Positions 1-6,955 of a DNA stretch of 13,115 nt are shown here, piece by piece. The translations under genes and the position numbers were made by a program. Within the stretch, counting starts at the first letter, position 1. Every line of letters starts with the position of its first letter. The DNA is from a virus. The stretch lies in UHGV virus genome UHGV-0040766; one strand, 5' to 3'. Under the pieces are notes generated by a model, which was not told the origin of the DNA, ran no database searches, and worked only from the letters and a program-made list of their open reading frames with translations.

Positions 1-94
1 GCAGCTCACGGTAACTGATGCCGTATTTGCAGTACCAGCGTACGGCCCACAGAATGATGTCACGCTGAAAATGCCGGCCTTTGAATGGGTTCAT
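1..94 (-). CDS. tnpA: IS6-family transposase (Tnp26-like), N-terminal 31 codons only; remainder lies outside window
   Basis: minus-strand ATG at 92-94; translation MNPFKGRHFQRDIILWAVRWYCKYGISYREL recognised as IS26 transposase N-terminus. Confidence 0.85.
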   Translation of the reverse strand, partial: MNPFKGRHFQRDIILWAVRWYCKYGISYREL

Positions 95-157
95 GTGCAG
101 CTCCATCAGTAAAAGGGGATGATAAGTTTATCACCACCGACTATTTGCAACAGTGCC
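1..157 (-). mobile_element. IS26-like (IS6 family) insertion sequence, terminal 157 bp; element continues beyond window start
   Basis: 14-bp terminal inverted repeat GGCACTGTTGCAAA present as reverse complement at 144-157; subterminal sequence and transposase N-terminus match my recollection of IS26 (one or two mismatches). Confidence 0.85.
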
Positions 158-206
158 CTTTTCTCTCCTGGCCTTCAGCAAGACCCAGCACCAATGAAGT
201 ATTCAT
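158..206 (-). pseudogene. 5' remnant of a small gene truncated by the IS26 end
   Basis: ATG at 204-206 preceded by GGAG; reads MNTSLVLGLAEGQERK and runs directly into the IS26 inverted repeat; upstream region 218-290 is about 85 percent identical to the module upstream of gene 367-696. Confidence 0.45.
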
Positions 207-217
207 CACCACTCCGT

Positions 218-230
218 AAACAAATTGTTT
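218..230. promoter_or_regulatory. palindrome AAACA-AAT-TGTTT, copy 1, candidate operator or 5'UTR element
   Basis: perfect 5+3+5 palindrome 12 bp upstream of the truncated gene start codon. Confidence 0.45.
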
Positions 231-366
231 TCTCAATGGCGTAAATAATACCAGTGTAAAAACGGCTACAAAGCATATTGCTCAGGCACATGAATTATCT
301 AAAGGTGGTTCTTCCCTGCGGCTACAGAGAAGTTAAGCCAGCAGGCGGTGCTGGCTTTGGTTGGGC

Positions 367-696
367 TTACGCGAATAACTCAAGGAATTCCTGCACGTCC
401 CAATGCTGGACAAGGTGAAGATAGAGCTTAGAAATCACGTCATTCTCGCTATCGCATGTGAAGTAGTACTTCTGGCTGCGGTTGTATGTGTCCACACAAA
501 ATTCGCTCATATCCATAAAGTCAGCATCTTCACCCATGTCGCAAATAATCAAAGCAGGAGCATCATCACGAGTCATCAGCTCAAGCACCCAGCGCGAATT
601 GATCAGCGTGGAAGACCAACCTTCTAACTCATAAAACTGGTCAAACTCTTTTTGAGTCATTTTCTTGATTTGGTTGATGTCGATATTTGCAAACAT
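367..696 (-). CDS. hypothetical small acidic protein (109 aa)
   Basis: ORF track 367..762 trimmed to ATG at 694-696 (MFANIDINQIKK...), which has AAGGA 9 nt upstream; earlier track start is TTG/GTG without RBS; no family recognised. Confidence 0.6.
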   Translation of the reverse strand: MFANIDINQIKKMTQKEFDQFYELEGWSSTLINSRWVLELMTRDDAPALIICDMGEDADFMDMSEFCVDTYNRSQKYYFTCDSENDVISKLYLHLVQHWDVQEFLELFA

Positions 697-708
697 AAAG
701 CAATCCTT

Positions 709-721
709 AAACATGTTGTTT
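709..721. promoter_or_regulatory. palindrome AAACA-TGT-TGTTT, copy 2
   Basis: lies 12 bp upstream of ATG of gene 367-696, between a -10-like TATTGT and the RBS. Confidence 0.45.
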
Positions 722-835
722 TCTGAATTTCGTAAACAATACCAGTAAGAAAACGGCCACAAAGTATATCGTTACGGTGCTGCGCTGCCCCGGAGGTTAA
801 TAGCGACAAAAGCCACCGTGCTGGTGGTCTCACTC

Positions 836-1054
836 TTAATCTTCGTCGTCCGGGAACTCGCTGTGTACCGCGTCCACCAGCTCCCGCTTTTCATCTTCAC
901 TAAGCAGGTGCCAGATATCCTTCCCTTTGGGCGATTCCCCTTCTACCGGGACGAACGACCACAACTTGCGGTACAACTCCGGCCCCACTGCATCCAGACA
1001 CTCAGCCAGGGAATCCACACCCCACACCTCAACCGTCACAGGCATCTTAATCAT
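836..1054 (-). CDS. hypothetical small acidic protein (72 aa)
   Basis: ATG at 1052-1054 with GAGGATGAAGAG upstream; ends in acidic tail PDDED; no family recognised. Confidence 0.6.
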   Translation of the reverse strand: MIKMPVTVEVWGVDSLAECLDAVGPELYRKLWSFVPVEGESPKGKDIWHLLSEDEKRELVDAVHSEFPDDED

Positions 1055-1086
1055 CTCTTCATCCTCACTTCGTTTATATAACGTCT

Positions 1087-1099
1087 AAACATGTTGTTT
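1087..1099. promoter_or_regulatory. palindrome AAACA-TGT-TGTTT, copy 3
   Basis: 34 bp upstream of ATG of gene 836-1054; followed by a segment (1100-1135) homologous to 3868-3900. Confidence 0.45.
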
Positions 1100-1436
1100 A
1101 CTTATTGGTGTTATTGTCGCAATAAGACAAAGGCGAAAAAGGATTTTATGTCGTGAAAGCCAGGCTGGGCAGTGAATATCCGGGAACGACACGGGAACCA
1201 GTATTTACGATATTCTGCTCTACGCGCGCCGCAGGGCTGGTGGGCAGAATTTTCTTCTCCCCGAAAACCTACTGAAATCGCTTGAGACCCGAGGATGGTC
1301 TGGCAGAATGGAGTTCAGCAGCTGCACGAGAGGGAACGACACTCCCTCGCGATTTTCAGGCGAGCGAAGAGCAAGGCGCACTCCCGAAGATTTCCCGCAC
1401 TGCTCCCGCAGTCGTCCCTCGCTCTGTACCGGGATG

Positions 1437-1575
1437 TACCCGTTTCCCGACCGGCAGCCAGCCTTTTCCCGGTTCGTATAGCGGGATTCCCACCGTTTCC
1501 CTGAAAAACCTCCAGCCTTTTCCCTGCGGCGACGTTCCCGTTCCTGAAAAGGGACATGGCTTTTCCCTGGATGGC
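1437..1575. repeat. direct repeats built on TTTCCC(G/T)G motifs (about 6 copies, roughly 55-bp super-unit) in a GC-rich non-coding tract
   Basis: CCGTTTCCC and CAGCCTTTTCCC each occur twice, alternating, plus related GTTCCCGTTCC and GGCTTTTCCCTGG; only low-complexity overlapping ORFs. Confidence 0.5.
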
Positions 1576-1764
1576 TCGAAGGCTGACCGAAGGGGTGGAT
1601 AGGGACGTTACGGGGGATGAAAACTATGGCTTGAATTTATACGAAGAAAGTGGCGATACCCCTCCTTCCCTTCCCACTTATACCTCCCACGAATTTTCTC
1701 TCTTATGTGGGCATAAACCTTCTCTCTGATAACGCTCAATACGGCGACTATTCCTGTGGGTGAA

Positions 1765-1885
1765 ATGGGTGGTTTGTTCTTTCTACCGGCATATGTGGTT
1801 TCGTTCTTCTTGAGGTGGTTCTTCTCTGTGTTTTCGTCAGGGTTGTTCTCGTTGTTTTGGTGATTGTTCTTCTCTGTGTATGGAG
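1765..1885 (+). repeat. degenerate tandem repeats of about 19-26 bp (GGTT(T/C)GTTCTTCT-like) at the start of a G+T-rich, A-poor tract (about 1740-2450)
   Basis: five successive units starting near 1768, 1795, 1815, 1840, 1860; a sampled 60-nt stretch (1801-1860) has 2 A residues on the plus strand. Confidence 0.45.
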
Positions 1886-2642
1886 TAATGGCAGGTGGGC
1901 GATTCCTTTCGTTATTGTATTTGAGTTGTTTGTCTTGAGAGCGTGAAAGGCTTTTGTGGTTATTTGTGTATTGAGTAATGGCGTTTCCCCGCGAATGTTC
2001 TGTTTCGTGTCTTTGGGGATTGAGGGAGTCCTTGCGGTAACAGGCTTCGTTAGAGTTTCAGTGGTTCTGGTGTTTATTCGCTGTTTGGGGAATGGCGTGT
2101 AGTGGGTATCGCATGTATGAATGTTTCGAGTTGCCTGTGAAAGTTAGGTTGGTTGTCCGGTAGCCTGGGAAGAAGAGGTGGGTCTTTTCAGTAGCCTGCC
2201 ATAAAGAGGTTGGTTGTTTTTGGGAATGTGGGTAATGGCGTCTCTGGGTTTCCTGTGGGTGTGGTTAGCTTGTTTTCTTGTGTCTGAAAACAACTTGTTT
2301 AGATGTCCAATATAACGCAACGGGAGCGCTTCTGAGCGTGTCTGTTTTTGGGTGGTATCACGAGTCGTTTTTGACGTTTTGGTCGCAGGGAGATGGATTC
2401 TGGTACGCTGGATTTGGGTATAAGAGATGGCGTGCGAAAACATCAACTTTTTAGACCAAATCAGGGGAAAGCGTTGACTTTACGTTGATGTGTTATTTAT
2501 TTGTTTTCTTATGGGTGTAATTGGCTTAAATGCCTTGTCACGCCTGGGATTGAGTGGGGTAGGGTGGTGGGGAAAGTGGCGATCAACGGACTCTTATAGA
2601 AATCCTCAATTTGTGACCGCCAATATCAACGAGCTGCAGCCG

Positions 2643-3212
2643 TTAGTTGTTCAGATAGGCATCCGGAACGCGCACATAAAAGTTTCTTTCGCCGGTCAGT
2701 TCCAGAGTAACGTTTATGTCGTTGCCGTTATCCAGCGTAGCCGTCGCTTTATAGAACTTGTCCGTCACCTTGTCCTGAATTGTCACCTTCATACATTTCG
2801 GCGCTGTGGTTCCGTTATTCTCTTTCAGAATGGTCGTTACGAGAGGACAAGCCGCTTCTTCAAGAGCAACCTCTTCCTGGTGTGGGATACCGATGAAGAT
2901 GTTACCAGCAAGCAACGCGACGATTACGATAAAAGGAAGTCGACTGCCTTTTGTAACGGTGGCACGTTTCCAGAGATAGACCGGAAGGAGAAATACTCCC
3001 CACAGGATGGCCGGTGGTTCATACCCTGCATCAGACAATGCCATTCTGTCAGCCACCAGAAAGCCGAGTCCAGCGACTCCACCTATCACTATTGCATAAT
3101 TCAAATACTCATCTGGCGGTGCTCCAAAGAAGAGAGGCAGTAAAGCTAGAAGCCACGCATAAGCATTATTCAGAGGTTTTGTTTGTTGGTTCTGGGTTTC
3201 CATCACATCCAT
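2643..3212 (-). CDS. hypothetical integral membrane protein (about 4 TM segments plus about 80-aa C-terminal soluble domain)
   Basis: ORF track 2643..3212; four hydrophobic stretches (AWLLALLPLFF, YAIVIGGVAGLGFLVA, AILWGVFLLPVYLW, LPFIVIVALLAGNIFIG); overlapping plus-strand ORF 2490..3143 judged spurious. Confidence 0.65.
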   Translation of the reverse strand: MDVMETQNQQTKPLNNAYAWLLALLPLFFGAPPDEYLNYAIVIGGVAGLGFLVADRMALSDAGYEPPAILWGVFLLPVYLWKRATVTKGSRLPFIVIVALLAGNIFIGIPHQEEVALEEAACPLVTTILKENNGTTAPKCMKVTIQDKVTDKFYKATATLDNGNDINVTLELTGERNFYVRVPDAYLNN

Positions 3213-3288
3213 TCCATCAGATTAAAAAGCGGTACTATGTTACCAATTTTCTTCGCTTATATGACATGATTACTCAACGAGTGGGCGA

Positions 3289-3609
3289 TCACCATTCCCA
3301 TGCAGGTAGCCCATCCACCAGCTCGGCGTCGCAATCGAAGTGAACCACGTCAAAGCCGTCATCCAGTATGGTCTGTATGTTGGAGATCGCCTCTTGGGAA
3401 ATGCCGTACTCACGCAGTTCTTCCTTCCAGTCATTCCCTCGCATTCCAGCACGAACAATCCAGCCGTACTGTGTACCGTGTACCCAATTCAACCCGCGAT
3501 CAGTAAGTGGGTCGAAGCAGGCAATGGGTAGCCGTTCTGAATCCGCTGCCGTTACGTGGGCGGTGCTGATCACCGCCGTCTTATACGATTCGGTGATTTT
3601 CAGCATCAT
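3289..3609 (-). CDS. hypothetical protein (106 aa)
   Basis: ORF track; start overlaps stop of upstream gene by 4 nt (ATGA), suggesting translational coupling. Confidence 0.6.
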   Translation of the reverse strand: MMLKITESYKTAVISTAHVTAADSERLPIACFDPLTDRGLNWVHGTQYGWIVRAGMRGNDWKEELREYGISQEAISNIQTILDDGFDVVHFDCDAELVDGLPAWEW

Positions 3610-3839
3610 GCCTTCTCCTTTGGAAACAGAATGTTGGCCGTGTCAGAAATGACATCCCAATTCACGCCGACGCTGGTGTCATGGCACTCTTTGATTTTTC
3701 GCAAAACCTGAACGCACTGTTCGTCAGTCAGGTCTGGTCGCACTTCACCTACATCTTCCTTGTGCCACATCACCATCAGCAGCGGCTCGTCTTCTGGGTA
3801 GTTCTCCAGCTTTTCGATGATGTCTTTTGCGGTTCCGAA
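3606..3839 (-). CDS. hypothetical small acidic protein (77 aa)
   Basis: ORF track 3606..3860 trimmed to ATG at 3837-3839 (MFGTAKDIIEKL...), which has AAGGAG 5 nt upstream; track start is TTG. Confidence 0.6.
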   Translation of the reverse strand, partial: FGTAKDIIEKLENYPEDEPLLMVMWHKEDVGEVRPDLTDEQCVQVLRKIKECHDTSVGVNWDVISDTANILFPKEKA

Positions 3840-3854
3840 CATGATCAACTCCTT

Positions 3855-3867
3855 AAACAATTTATTT
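3855..3867. promoter_or_regulatory. palindrome AAACA-ATT-TATTT, copy 4 (one mismatch)
   Basis: overlaps the region immediately 5' of the RBS of gene 3606-3839. Confidence 0.4.
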
Positions 3868-3905
3868 TCTTATTTGTGTTATTATCTCAAATAACAAAAG
3901 GTAGA

Positions 3906-3918
3906 AAACAAAATGTTT
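3906..3918. promoter_or_regulatory. palindrome AAACA-AAA-TGTTT, copy 5
   Basis: perfect palindrome between genes 3606-3839 and 3928-4194. Confidence 0.4.
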
Positions 3919-3927
3919 AAGGGATGA

Positions 3928-4194
3928 CTAGGTGAGTTTGAAGTCGTCTATGTCATCAACAAACTCCATATACCTGGCTTCGACACTCGACAATCTGATC
4001 AGATACGCAAGCCCGTAACTTAGTGAAGTGGGTTGCTCCAGCACAAATTCGAACCCATCCTCATGCGTTTTACCAAGCCAGAACCCCCCACCGTATTCTT
4101 TTTCACGTTGGAAGAAAACGAACTGTCCGGGTATTAGGTGCTTGAGTGCTTCGCCCCTATAGACGATCACATATTTAGAATTCTTGCTGCCCAT
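3928..4194 (-). CDS. hypothetical protein (88 aa)
   Basis: ORF track 3928..4251 trimmed to ATG at 4192-4194 (MGSKNSKYVIVYRGE...) with GAGG 8 nt upstream. Confidence 0.5.
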   Translation of the reverse strand: MGSKNSKYVIVYRGEALKHLIPGQFVFFQREKEYGGGFWLGKTHEDGFEFVLEQPTSLSYGLAYLIRLSSVEARYMEFVDDIDDFKLT

Positions 4195-4283
4195 TGCTCG
4201 CCTCGCAATACTGTACATATAAACAGTATTATTTATTACGGTACTGGTCAACTTTACGGGTTAATTGAATAACAAGATGGTGA

Positions 4284-4296
4284 AAACAATTTGTTT
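4284..4296. promoter_or_regulatory. palindrome AAACA-ATT-TGTTT, copy 6, in divergent intergenic region
   Basis: lies between divergently oriented genes 3928-4194 (-) and 4382-4585 (+). Confidence 0.45.
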
Positions 4297-4381
4297 TGGC
4301 ACTTGAGATTTTGCAAATCGCACCTACATGGAAAACGGCAATTTTTGAAACCTGATTTGACCCATGTGAAAGGAGGAAACG

Positions 4382-4585
4382 ATGAAGACCTATGATCGCA
4401 ACCGTAACGCTATCACTACCGGCAGCCGAGTGATGGTGGCAACGAATGGTGCAACGGGAGTCATCAAGGAAATCTGCGGAGAAGGCAAATCAGAAGAACA
4501 ATTACGCCGCTCTGACTGCGTGTCTATCGAAGGTGTGGAAGGTCTATTCTGCCCAATGGATTTGGTTCGCCTGGGGTTCCATTAA
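4382..4585 (+). CDS. hypothetical protein (67 aa)
   Basis: ATG at 4382 with strong RBS GAAAGGAGGAAACG immediately upstream; no family recognised. Confidence 0.65.
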   Translation: MKTYDRNRNAITTGSRVMVATNGATGVIKEICGEGKSEEQLRRSDCVSIEGVEGLFCPMDLVRLGFH

Positions 4586-4599
4586 TTTCACCATCTATA

Positions 4600-4612
4600 A
4601 AACAAATTGTTT
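4600..4612. promoter_or_regulatory. palindrome AAACA-AAT-TGTTT, copy 7, adjacent to terminator hairpin
   Basis: perfect palindrome, here at the 3' ends of two convergent genes; supplies the U-tract for the minus-strand transcript. Confidence 0.4.
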
Positions 4613-4633
4613 AAGGCCACAACTAGTGGCCTT
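4613..4633. terminator. hairpin between convergent genes (stem AAGGCCAC/GTGGCCTT, loop AACTA), likely terminator mainly for the minus-strand gene
   Basis: 8-bp perfect stem; on the minus-strand transcript it is followed by AAACAAUUUGUUUU. Confidence 0.45.
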
Positions 4634-4640
4634 ATCTGGC

Positions 4641-5339
4641 TTACGGAACAGCGGTAATCAGATCGCAAATGCCTGTTTTAGTTAAATCACTATTCAGCTT
4701 CTGAAAATTGGCATTCAGCATTGCGGTATGTATTCGATTCTCAAGTTCAAAGAAGAGACCGATCTTGCCCTCTTTGGCTGCCACCTTCTTCCAAATATTC
4801 ACCTGGTCATCTGCGATACGACTTGCGCAGGTGAACAAGAACGAACTCCCTCTGGGAAGGGATGTCGTGCTGTAGTATTCACCGTCAACTTCAATATACT
4901 TAGCTCGGAATGACTCCAGAGTTAGCTTTTTACCGCTCTCAGCCTGCTTTGTGTCTGCCTTGCTTGTCTTTTCCTGAACTTCAGGCTGTTTCTGCACAGG
5001 CTTTGGTGTCTCATTGACCACCGCAGTGCTGGCCGAACCATCCAAACTCTTGAGGCCATTAATTTGGATTAGATAAGCCAACTCCAGAGCCTTATCACCA
5101 GTGAGTTTTCCACGCATACTTACCCATTGACGCTGAACCGTCTTTAAGGCGTCTGCGTCCCCCGGGTTTGCTTTGAGTGCGTTGGAATAGGTAGAGCTAA
5201 GTTGTTCGTCTAATTTTGACAGGCGTTCGTTATCGCAGATTTTGTGTTCGATTTCTGCCGAAGCCTTTTGGCAGTCAAAGCTGGCTGCAAATACAGCCGG
5301 CGATGCCACCAACAATGATGCCAGTAGGATATTTTTCAT
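4641..5339 (-). CDS. periplasmic DUF1311 / lysozyme-inhibitor LprI-like protein with signal peptide (232 aa)
   Basis: ATG at 5337-5339 with GGAG 6 nt upstream; N-terminal MKNILLASLLVASPAVFA signal peptide; FDCQKASAEIEHKICDNERLSKLDEQLSSTY...QRQW pattern typical of DUF1311. Confidence 0.65.
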   Translation of the reverse strand: MKNILLASLLVASPAVFAASFDCQKASAEIEHKICDNERLSKLDEQLSSTYSNALKANPGDADALKTVQRQWVSMRGKLTGDKALELAYLIQINGLKSLDGSASTAVVNETPKPVQKQPEVQEKTSKADTKQAESGKKLTLESFRAKYIEVDGEYYSTTSLPRGSSFLFTCASRIADDQVNIWKKVAAKEGKIGLFFELENRIHTAMLNANFQKLNSDLTKTGICDLITAVP

Positions 5340-5377
5340 ATTCACTCCATAAATATAAAAGCGCCTGACTATAGCAC

Positions 5378-5593
5378 TTAACCAATTGCTTCTCTCATCT
5401 GATTGTGAAGCTCTTTCAGCCCATCACGTACCGCGTTCATGATACGTTCCAGGGATTGGTATCTGGGGTTTGGCACTGTTGGCCAACCGGCATACCACGG
5501 ATCGTCACCAAACAGACTCAGCAGTTCGTTACCGACACCGAAACAGCAGCAACTTTCTTTTACGTCATCAGCGTTTTCTGCCTCGTCCCACAT
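5378..5593 (-). CDS. hypothetical protein (71 aa)
   Basis: ORF track only; weak RBS; position between two minus-strand genes is compatible with an operon. Confidence 0.35.
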   Translation of the reverse strand: MWDEAENADDVKESCCCFGVGNELLSLFGDDPWYAGWPTVPNPRYQSLERIMNAVRDGLKELHNQMREAIG

Positions 5594-5827
5594 ATTGCGG
5601 GCCTGCTCTGCGTCGATTTCTCTCTCTCCCTGCGCAACTTTATGATTTCGGATTTGACGAAAAGCAGGTTTGCGTCGTTGTCATCGTCGACCGTACTGAA
5701 GTGGCACACTGAATTTGGCCGTCTGTAATGGGCAGATCCGGCAACTGTTTAAAAACATCCATCTGCTCATGGATACGCAGAAACCACCTTGCCAGCTCCA
5801 TCTGCTCACCGCGGGTGAGGAGATTAT

Positions 5828-6559
5828 TCAGCGGGGACTTAACAAAAGCGGAGACTCGCTCGACAAGCCGGCCAGTGAACCAACATCCCCCCAATTCTGG
5901 TGTGTCAGCGCCCCGATACTTACCACTCCAGGCAGCACTTCTTTGTGGTTGTGGTAGTGCCCGGACAACAATAAACGGAAGCCGATATCTTTCAGTTCCT
6001 GTGCGTCGATGCCGACATCGGGCATGGTGGGGATCGCTTTGTTGATTGAGGTATGTACAACAACATCATGGTTGTCACCATCCAGCCCGGAACGCAGCGT
6101 TTTGAGATCGCTGATAAGTTCTGCGTAGTTATTACGCCAGCTAATCAGATGGACGGTTACGTCGCCCATTTTGATGGAATGAGGACGTTTGCCGCAGACG
6201 ATTTCCACACCGATTGAGCGCAGAGAGGCTGCTGCATTGGCGCTGTATACGGAATCGTTGGTTTCGAGGTCGTGGTTGCCAGCCAGCATTACCACCTTGA
6301 GACCCAACTCTTTGATGATCCACTCGTAAGTTTCGGTCACGAAATGCAGAACGGAAGGTGATATAGCACCGCGAACATGGAAGGTATCACCAGCTACCAG
6401 CATGTTCTTACAGCCAGCAGCTTTCATCGCTTTGGCCGCCTCCTTCGTAGCGTCCAGTTGGATCTCCAGCCGAGAGTTAAGCCCGTCAGCGTTTGTTGTC
6501 GCAAAAGCATCCCAACGATGATAATGGGGATCTGATATTACCCCGTATGGCAATGTCAT
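5828..6559 (-). CDS. calcineurin-like metallophosphoesterase (243 aa)
   Basis: motifs SDPHYH, AGDTFH, GNHD and SGHYHNH in the canonical order; ATG at 6557-6559 with AAGGA 9 nt upstream. Confidence 0.75.
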   Translation of the reverse strand: MTLPYGVISDPHYHRWDAFATTNADGLNSRLEIQLDATKEAAKAMKAAGCKNMLVAGDTFHVRGAISPSVLHFVTETYEWIIKELGLKVVMLAGNHDLETNDSVYSANAAASLRSIGVEIVCGKRPHSIKMGDVTVHLISWRNNYAELISDLKTLRSGLDGDNHDVVVHTSINKAIPTMPDVGIDAQELKDIGFRLLLSGHYHNHKEVLPGVVSIGALTHQNWGDVGSLAGLSSESPLLLSPR

Positions 6560-6955
6560 GTGTCTTTTCCTTTGTGGTTATTTTGATACAAATTCTAAGC
6601 GTGCATAAGAGGCATACAACCCAGACAACACGGCACACAAAAGAATATAAAGGCACATGATAATAACAAAAAAATAAGTAAGTAAATACCTATCAGATAG
6701 GGCAGCAACGATTTCTAAACGTCACAAGCAATTTTATGAGAGCAGTCATTTACTGATGACAAGAAATGAAAAAGGAGAACGGACGGTGAAGTTGTGAGAT
6801 GACATTTACGGCGTTTGCGTGCGTCGTCTTCAAACGCATCCGTCGGCCACAGTTTCTGCTCTTGAATAAAATTCACTCATGCATTAATCCCTAAAGCTCT
6901 CAGTGTCTTTCTAAGACACCATATTTTATGCCCGGTAAAAAGCATGAGTTTGCCT

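Noticed and set aside
1468-1493. tRNA-like T-arm resemblance (GGTTCG...GGATTCCC)
   Set aside because: No acceptor stem, anticodon arm or full cloverleaf can be drawn; it is part of the TTTCCC repeat array.
1282-1602. Three overlapping ORFs (69-106 aa) on both strands in the GC-rich tract
   Set aside because: Low-complexity translations (P/R/S/G-rich) generated by TTTCCC-type repeats; mutually overlapping; no RBS; region treated as non-coding repeats.
2144-2446. Minus-strand ORF of 100 aa
   Set aside because: T/K/R/Q-rich low-complexity product from the C/A-rich complement of the G+T-skewed tract; no start context.
2490-3143. Plus-strand ORF of 217 aa
   Set aside because: Entirely antisense to a more convincing minus-strand membrane-protein gene (2643-3212) that has clear hydrophobic helices; composition atypical and no RBS.
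4667-4680. 14-nt exact repeat GCAAATGCCTGTTT at 4667 and again near 7660
   Set aside because: For a 13-kb window, about 0.6 chance 14-mer matches are expected when both orientations are considered, so this is not significant without further support.
6799-6894. 31-codon plus-strand ORF (MTFTAFACVVFKRIRRPQFLLLNKIHSCINP) beside a hairpin in the 6560-6955 intergenic region; considered as a type I toxin-like peptide
   Set aside because: Nearest Shine-Dalgarno (AAGGAG) is about 21 nt from the ATG, there is no hydrophobic transmembrane core typical of Hok or Ldr peptides, and the region is more simply the promoter or terminator space between two minus-strand genes.
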